In this document: one piece after another, positions 58,874 through 64,000 of the stretch
How positions within the stretch are numbered: position 1 is the first letter of the stretch
Layout of the letters: each line of letters starts with the position of its first letter
Source of the DNA: an uncultured Methylomirabilota bacterium
GTDB taxonomy: Bacteria > Methylomirabilota > Methylomirabilia > Methylomirabilales > 2-02-FULL-66-22
DNA length: 64,000 nucleotides
Assembly: GCA_963845565.1 (NCBI GenBank)
Contig: CAWJSJ010000005.1
Coordinates: 736,001-800,000, forward strand
Reading direction: 5' to 3'
Position numbers and translations under genes: made by a program
The notes under the pieces: generated by a model
What the model was told of the DNA's origin: nothing
What the model saw: only the letters and a program-made list of their open reading frames with translations
The model's database searches: none

Positions 58874-60005
58874 CGAGCTGCCGCCTTCCCTGTCCAATCC
58901 CGGGGCTCGCGCGGGGGGCCGAACGCCCCAGCGCGGAGTTTGGCGAGGTCACACAGGAACGGCACTCGGGTTTCGGGGTCTCCAGACTCCAGCACGGCCC
59001 ATCCCGCGCACTGGTCGCAGGCGGAGTGCAGATCGCAGGTGTCGCAAGGCATGGTCTTGGTCCGCGCCTGCCGACGCATGGCGGGGAAATGCTCGTCCCA
59101 CCCCTCCCGGAACGTCCCCTGGCGCAAGTCGTACGCCGGCTCACGAAGCAGCATGCAGGGGACGAGGCGCCCGTACGGATCGATGTGGAACGAGTGAAGG
59201 TACGCACCGCAGGTGATCAGGTCGGCCCGTGCCTCGACCCGGGAGGCTTTCGCGAACTCCAACCGATACGCGGCCGCCCGCTTCTCCTCGGCGCGCTTCC
59301 AGGGCCAGCACTTGCTGAGGCGAAAGCCGCACGCCTGCCGGCCCGGCCGCGCCGTCCAGGCGGCAGTTCACCAGCGGGTCCCACTGGAACTCCAACCCGT
59401 ATCCGGCCGCCAGGGCGCGCAGGCCGTCCAGGTCGTCATGGTTCAGTGTGGTCGGCACGGTCTTCAGTCGCAGACGGACCCGGCGGTCGAGGAGCAACTC
59501 GATGCCGCGGAGACACCGCCGGAATGAACCGGGGACACCCGTCACACGCTCGTACACTTCGGGGGTGCTCCCGTAGATCGATACCTCGACCACCAGGGGC
59601 GGCCATTCCGCCAAGAGGTCGGCGAGACGAGGGGTGACGGCGGTGCCATTGGTGAAGAGCGTGACCAGTAGTCCGCGCCGCTTCATGTGGAGATAGATCT
59701 CGCGGATGTCGGACCGGAGCAGCGGTTCGCCGCCCGTGAGAAGCATCCAGAGACATCCGCGATCCACCACCTCGTCCGTGAGCCGGCGAATCTCGGCGGC
59801 GGTGAGCTCGTGCCGTTGCAGCGCCGCGATCGCCGCCGGATTCGTTCACGAAACAGTGGGCGCAGCGGAGGTTACAGCGGAACGTGACCTCGAGGCTGCC
59901 GTCCAGAGGGATCCGATCCGCCGAGACGCGGGCGCCGATCCGACCGGCGAACGCCGAGTAGGAGAGGTGCGGGACGGATTGACAGGCGGTCTCTGTGGCA
60001 TGCAC
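58870..60005 (-). CDS. Radical SAM/SPASM domain peptide maturase (two frameshifts, near 59820 and 59295)
   Basis: CNLRCAHC, LTGGEPLL, FTNG; SPASM CGA..IDPYG.LVPC..CDTCDLHSACDQC..C. Confidence 0.88.
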
Positions 60006-60062
60006 TGCCTCGGGGGCGACCTCCGAACGGCGCCCCCCGGACCCGGAACGACTTCGTCGTCC

Positions 60063-60125
60063 GCCGCTGTCAAAGAATAACTTGGCGGAGATTTCGGTAA
60101 CGGCGTTAAGAGCCGTACAAAATTA
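60063..60125. repeat. Diverged family B repeat upstream of the rSAM gene
   Basis: GCCGCTGTCAAAGAATAACTTGGCGGAGATTTCGGTAACGGC-gt-TAAGAGCCGTA. Confidence 0.65.
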
Positions 60126-60151
60126 CAAAAATGGACAAGTCATCGTACGCC

Positions 60152-61174
60152 CTAGCTCGGATTCCTCCCCGAGAACGCCTCTGTAATGTAGAGCAGCGTG
60201 TTGGCGGACAGATCCACCCGACGGCGTGGCTCGAGGGCTTCGCCTTTCGGCCCGATGGCGATCTCGACCACCGGCCGAAGGGGAAAGGTCGGGTTGGTGG
60301 CCACGATCCGCGCGATCTCGGTGGAGTTGAGGCGCACGTAGCTGCCCACCGGGAAGGCGGACAGACCGCGGATGAGCCCTTTGAGCGCGCGGTCGGGGAA
60401 CTTCGCCCGCCCGGATGTCATGAGCTCCTTGATCACCTCGAAGGGTCCCCGGCGGCTGCGATAGGGGCGGGTGTGTGTGAGGGCCTCGTAGGCGTCTGCC
60501 AAACCGATGATCTTCGCGTACTCGTGAATCTCCTGCCCCATCAGGCCGCGAGGGTAGCCGCTGCCGTCTTCGCGTTCGTGCTCCTGCAGGACGACGTTGG
60601 CCAGCCACTCGAACTCCGCGCCCAGGCCGTGCAGGATCCGAAACCCTTTCTCGGGATGCCGACGCACCAGGGCGGTCTCTTCCTCGGTGAGCGCCTCCGG
60701 TTTGTCGAGGATCCGATTCGGGACGATGACCATGCCGACATCGTGCAGGCAGGCGGCAAGACCCAGCCACGGCAATTCCTCGGGGCGACAGCCCGCCCCC
60801 TGCCCGATCTTGATGGCGAAGACGCCGGTGTTGACCATGTGACGCGCCAGATCGTAGCGCCCCTCACCATCTTCCAGGGCCTGGACGAGCAGCGCGTCAT
60901 CGGTCGCGATGGCCTCCACCATCCCGGCCGCCACGCGCTGGAGTGTGCCGATCCGGAAGGGAGTCCCTGCGGCCGCAGCCTCCATGGCACGCGCCACCTC
61001 TTGCAGCGCCAGCGGGTAGTGGAGCGGATCGGGTTGGGCGGCGGGTTGGGGCGCAGGCGGAATAGCCGGCGCCGCCTGGGCGGACCCCGCCGCGGCGACA
61101 GAAAACGACGCCTCGGGAGTGGGGTCGCGATGGTCCGATGCCGATTTGCGGACGAGATCGCTTAAGCGAACGAT
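60152..61174 (-). CDS. HD-GYP domain protein (probable start ATC at 61174; first canonical start 60997)
   Basis: LHDVG, HPEKG, HEREDGSGYP, DAYEAL...RPYR; AGAAGGAGG RBS before an in-frame ATC. Confidence 0.85.
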   Translation of the reverse strand: MVRLSDLVRKSASDHRDPTPEASFSVAAAGSAQAAPAIPPAPQPAAQPDPLHYPLALQEVARAMEAAAAGTPFRIGTLQRVAAGMVEAIATDDALLVQALEDGEGRYDLARHMVNTGVFAIKIGQGAGCRPEELPWLGLAACLHDVGMVIVPNRILDKPEALTEEETALVRRHPEKGFRILHGLGAEFEWLANVVLQEHEREDGSGYPRGLMGQEIHEYAKIIGLADAYEALTHTRPYRSRRGPFEVIKELMTSGRAKFPDRALKGLIRGLSAFPVGSYVRLNSTEIARIVATNPTFPLRPVVEIAIGPKGEALEPRRRVDLSANTLLYITEAFSGRNPS

Positions 61175-61286
61175 GGCGCGCCCTCCTTCTCCGGTTATGC
61201 AGCCATCCGAATCGATCTCTGTGCCGGCAACACCGTGTGCGTCGCTGTCGCTGCGCCCCGGCCGGCGCGGCGTGTCCGGGTGCGGT

Positions 61287-62093
61287 CTATCGAGTCTCCC
61301 CGAGGCCGTTGAGGACCCGCTTCACCAACGGGGCATCCACGATTTTAGCGGCGTGGACGGACCCTTCGAGGAGGCACAGATCGCATAGTGTGTTGAGGCG
61401 GCGCGGCACGCCGCCGGCGTGCTCCCAGACGAGGCGGATCGCCTCGTCGTCAAACAGGGACTGGGCGGCGCCCGCCCGCTCCATGCGGAAGGCGACGTAG
61501 GCGGCCGCCTCGGCCTGGCTGAGCGGCTTCAAATGGTGGCGAAGGGCGATCCGCTGATCCAAGGGCTTGATCCGGCCGATCATGTCGGTGATCTCCGGCT
61601 GGGCCATGAGGATCAGCGTGAGCAGGAACCGATCGTTCAACTGGAAGTTCAGCAGCATCCGGAGTTCTTCGAAGACGTCCGGGTCCCGGATGCAATGGGC
61701 CTCGTCCACCACGAGGACGGTCTCTTTCCCCTCGCGCAGATTGGCCACCAATCGGTCGTTCAGGGACCGCAGGAGCGCAACCTTGGTGGTTCCGGATGGG
61801 GTGATGCCGAATTGAAGATCGATCTCCTCGAGAAAATCGAGGCTGGGAAGCGACGGGTTCGTCACGAGGCCGACGTCATACTTTTCCTGGGCCAACTGGA
61901 GAATGAAGGTCCGACTCAGGGTCGTCTTGCCGCACCCGACATCGCCGACCAACAAGGCGGCGCCCTTGTTGTGCTGCACCGCGTACATCAGTCGGGCCAA
62001 GCCTTCGCGGTGCTGCGCCGACAGGAAGAAGAAGTTGGGATCAGGGACGTTCTGAAACGGCGCGGTGGCCAGTCTCCAGTATCCCTCGTACAT
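61287..62093 (-). CDS. ExeA/GspA-like AAA ATPase
   Basis: MYEGYW..PFQNVPDP, GDVGCGKT, VVDEAH, GGVPRRLNTLCD. Confidence 0.88.
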   Translation of the reverse strand: MYEGYWRLATAPFQNVPDPNFFFLSAQHREGLARLMYAVQHNKGAALLVGDVGCGKTTLSRTFILQLAQEKYDVGLVTNPSLPSLDFLEEIDLQFGITPSGTTKVALLRSLNDRLVANLREGKETVLVVDEAHCIRDPDVFEELRMLLNFQLNDRFLLTLILMAQPEITDMIGRIKPLDQRIALRHHLKPLSQAEAAAYVAFRMERAGAAQSLFDDEAIRLVWEHAGGVPRRLNTLCDLCLLEGSVHAAKIVDAPLVKRVLNGLGETR

Positions 62094-62390
62094 CCCACGG
62101 TCCTCGCTTGGCTCGATGCCGCCGATTGCCGGGAATTCACCCATTATGAAAACGGGCACACCACAACGCCGCCTCCCCTGGAGGCCCGTGGCTGCCCCGA
62201 CTCGGAGGGCACCCTATCATACGGCCCAAAGGAATCAAGCGAAAATTTTCGCGTGGGAGCAACGTGATACCGTCCCGCACCGGCCGAATGGCCCCCGGAC
62301 CGAACGCCACGACGTGCCTGGGGCCGGAAGTCTCTTCGGGGCGCCGCCGGCCCGCCAGGAGGAAAAATCCGCTCGGCGTCCATTTTTTTC

Positions 62391-62418
62391 TTGCAATCGC
62401 GTCAAAATGCACTATAAG
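62391..62418 (+). promoter_or_regulatory. Possible promoter for speD-speE
   Basis: TTGCAA-N16-TATAAG with an AT-rich upstream tract. Confidence 0.45.
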
Positions 62419-62487
62419 CAACTACGAAAAATTTCCGGTGCCGCGAACGACTCACGGAGCGGCGATCGGGGGAAAGGGGGGAGGGCA

Positions 62488-62931
62488 TTGCACGCTTTGG
62501 GCAGACACCTGCTGGTCGAACTCCACGGTTGTCACCCAGACACGCTGAAGAAAGTGGACGTCGTCAAGGATATCTTGGTCGGCGCCGCGCGCGCATGTGG
62601 GGCCACCATCGTTGACGTCGCGTTTCATGAGTTCAATCCCTTCGGCGTCAGCGGGGTCGTGGTCATCGCGGAATCTCACCTCTCGATCCATACCTGGCCG
62701 GAATATCGGTACGCCGCCGTGGATATTTTCACCTGCGGCGACGTCATCAAGCCCGAACGGGCCGTCTCGTATGTCGCCTCCCGCTTCCGATGCAAGACGC
62801 CGTCCGTTGTCGAGATGAAGCGGGGACTCATCCCGGGCACGACGGGAAAACTGCCTCACAAGGTTGCCATCGACGAGAAACTCGGCGAGGCCGTCGCCGA
62901 TGCCGCGCAGGAACTTTCGCTGGTCCATTGA
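62488..62931 (+). CDS. speD: S-adenosylmethionine decarboxylase proenzyme
   Basis: TTG start after a G-rich RBS; LGRHLLVE, IAESHLSIHTWPE, DIFTCG. Confidence 0.92.
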   Translation: MHALGRHLLVELHGCHPDTLKKVDVVKDILVGAARACGATIVDVAFHEFNPFGVSGVVVIAESHLSIHTWPEYRYAAVDIFTCGDVIKPERAVSYVASRFRCKTPSVVEMKRGLIPGTTGKLPHKVAIDEKLGEAVADAAQELSLVH

Positions 62932-63266
62932 GTGTGTCCGCGCGAAGGAGGGACACCGCCGCAGACCGGTGGCGGGGCTCTTCCTTCGCGCTGCGTTGTC
63001 TTCCGGCCTTCCGGTTCTTCGGAATCCTAACGCCGCGATAGATTCTTTTCCGGCCCATCTCCCTCCCGTTGTGCGGCAGTCGTGGCTCCAACCGCGGCGC
63101 CGGGGGTGATGGGCTTTGGCACATACGCCGCGGGTGGCGCCACTCCGCGCCCCGACCGCCAGGGGACTGGTCGCACCGGCGGTCGGTCGCGGTCGCGGGG
63201 GTGTGTGGCGCGCGCTCTTTCTGGTCCGCGTGGGTCGCGCGAGGAATGCGCGCTGGAGGAGGCGAC

Positions 63267-64000
63267 ATGCCGATTCAGGATCATCAGTTGCTGATCGAGT
63301 CATTCAGCCCGCACGAGGGGCACGTGCACGGGGTGACCGGCGTGATCGCCACCAGCCGGTCCCCCTATCAGGCGATCGAGATTGTCGAGTTGGGGAGCTA
63401 TGGCAAGGCGCTCATCCTGGACGGAAAGGTGCAATCGACCACCGTGGACGAATTCATTTACCACGAGAGCATCATCCATCCCGCCATGCTGTGCCATCCG
63501 AATCCGAGGCGCGTCTTCGTGGTAGGAGGCGGCGAGGGGGCGCCCGTGCGCGAGATCCTCAAACACCGGAGCGTCGAGAGCGTCCTGATGGTGGACATCG
63601 ACAGCGCGGTGGTGGAGTTCTGCCGACGTCACCTCCCCGAGATGAGCGCCGGCGCCTTTGAGGACCCGCGCGTCCGGGTCGAGTTCATGGACGCGCGAGC
63701 GTTCTTGGAGTCCTCGGATCAGACCTTCGATATTCTCATCATCGATATTTCGGAGCCTATCGAGGAAGGGCCCGCTTATCTGTTGTTTACCCAGGAGTTT
63801 TACAAGGTCGTCTTCGACCGCCTGACGGCACAGGGCGCGTTGGCGGTCCAGGCCGGGACCGTCAGCCTGACCGGTCTGGACTGTTTTGCCACCGTGCATG
63901 CCACGCTGCGGAGCGTCTTTCCCGTGGTGGCCCCGTACTTCGCGGATATCCCCTCGTTCGGACGGCCCTGGGGATTCCTGTACGCGGGCAAGGGGGAGCA
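63267..64000 (+). CDS. speE: Polyamine aminopropyltransferase (spermidine synthase family), runs off the window
   Basis: GGAGG RBS; YGKALILDGKVQS, DEFIYHE, VGGGEG, VDID. Confidence 0.92.
   Translation, partial: MPIQDHQLLIESFSPHEGHVHGVTGVIATSRSPYQAIEIVELGSYGKALILDGKVQSTTVDEFIYHESIIHPAMLCHPNPRRVFVVGGGEGAPVREILKHRSVESVLMVDIDSAVVEFCRRHLPEMSAGAFEDPRVRVEFMDARAFLESSDQTFDILIIDISEPIEEGPAYLLFTQEFYKVVFDRLTAQGALAVQAGTVSLTGLDCFATVHATLRSVFPVVAPYFADIPSFGRPWGFLYAGKGE

Noticed and set aside
56951..60005. PQQ biosynthesis
   Set aside because: No pqqB/pqqC, and the peptides lack the PqqA ExxxY core
1..64000. tRNA, rRNA, integrase or transposase genes
   Set aside because: None recognised by eye; a covariance-model scan was not possible

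Overview
GC-rich bacterial window, probably from a long-read or metagenomic assembly, since many genes at 5.3-23.6 kb and one at ~59 kb carry single-base frameshifts. It has four blocks. (1) 1-1.3 kb: the end of a Ca2+/H+ antiporter gene, a small gene truncated by a repeat, and a Phd/ParE toxin-antitoxin pair. (2) 1.8-28 kb, + strand: a stress/energy block with a receiver protein, a PLP Orn/Lys/Arg-type decarboxylase, two AspT/YidE antiporters, a DASS transporter, pyk, pfkA, ppk2, a tripartite RND pump, a K+ channel, secreted proteins and pgi. Several short repeat/MITE-like families are scattered through it. (3) 28-55.7 kb, - strand: a Wzx/Wzy-type surface polysaccharide operon (wza, wzc, ligase/polymerase, flippase, about 10 glycosyltransferases, 4 methyltransferase domains, asnB, WbqC, PIG-L, DegT, WecA). 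(4) 55.8-64 kb: an apparently uncharacterised RiPP cluster, followed by HD-GYP, an ExeA-like ATPase, speD and a partial speE. The RiPP cluster has a radical SAM/SPASM enzyme, two paralogous 3-Cys precursor peptides ending in RGS plus a decayed third copy, an HprK-like kinase, a stand-alone PqqD/RRE and an NTP_transf_5 nucleotidyltransferase. It is the strongest candidate for a novel system. All family calls come from motif recognition by eye; no database searches were run.
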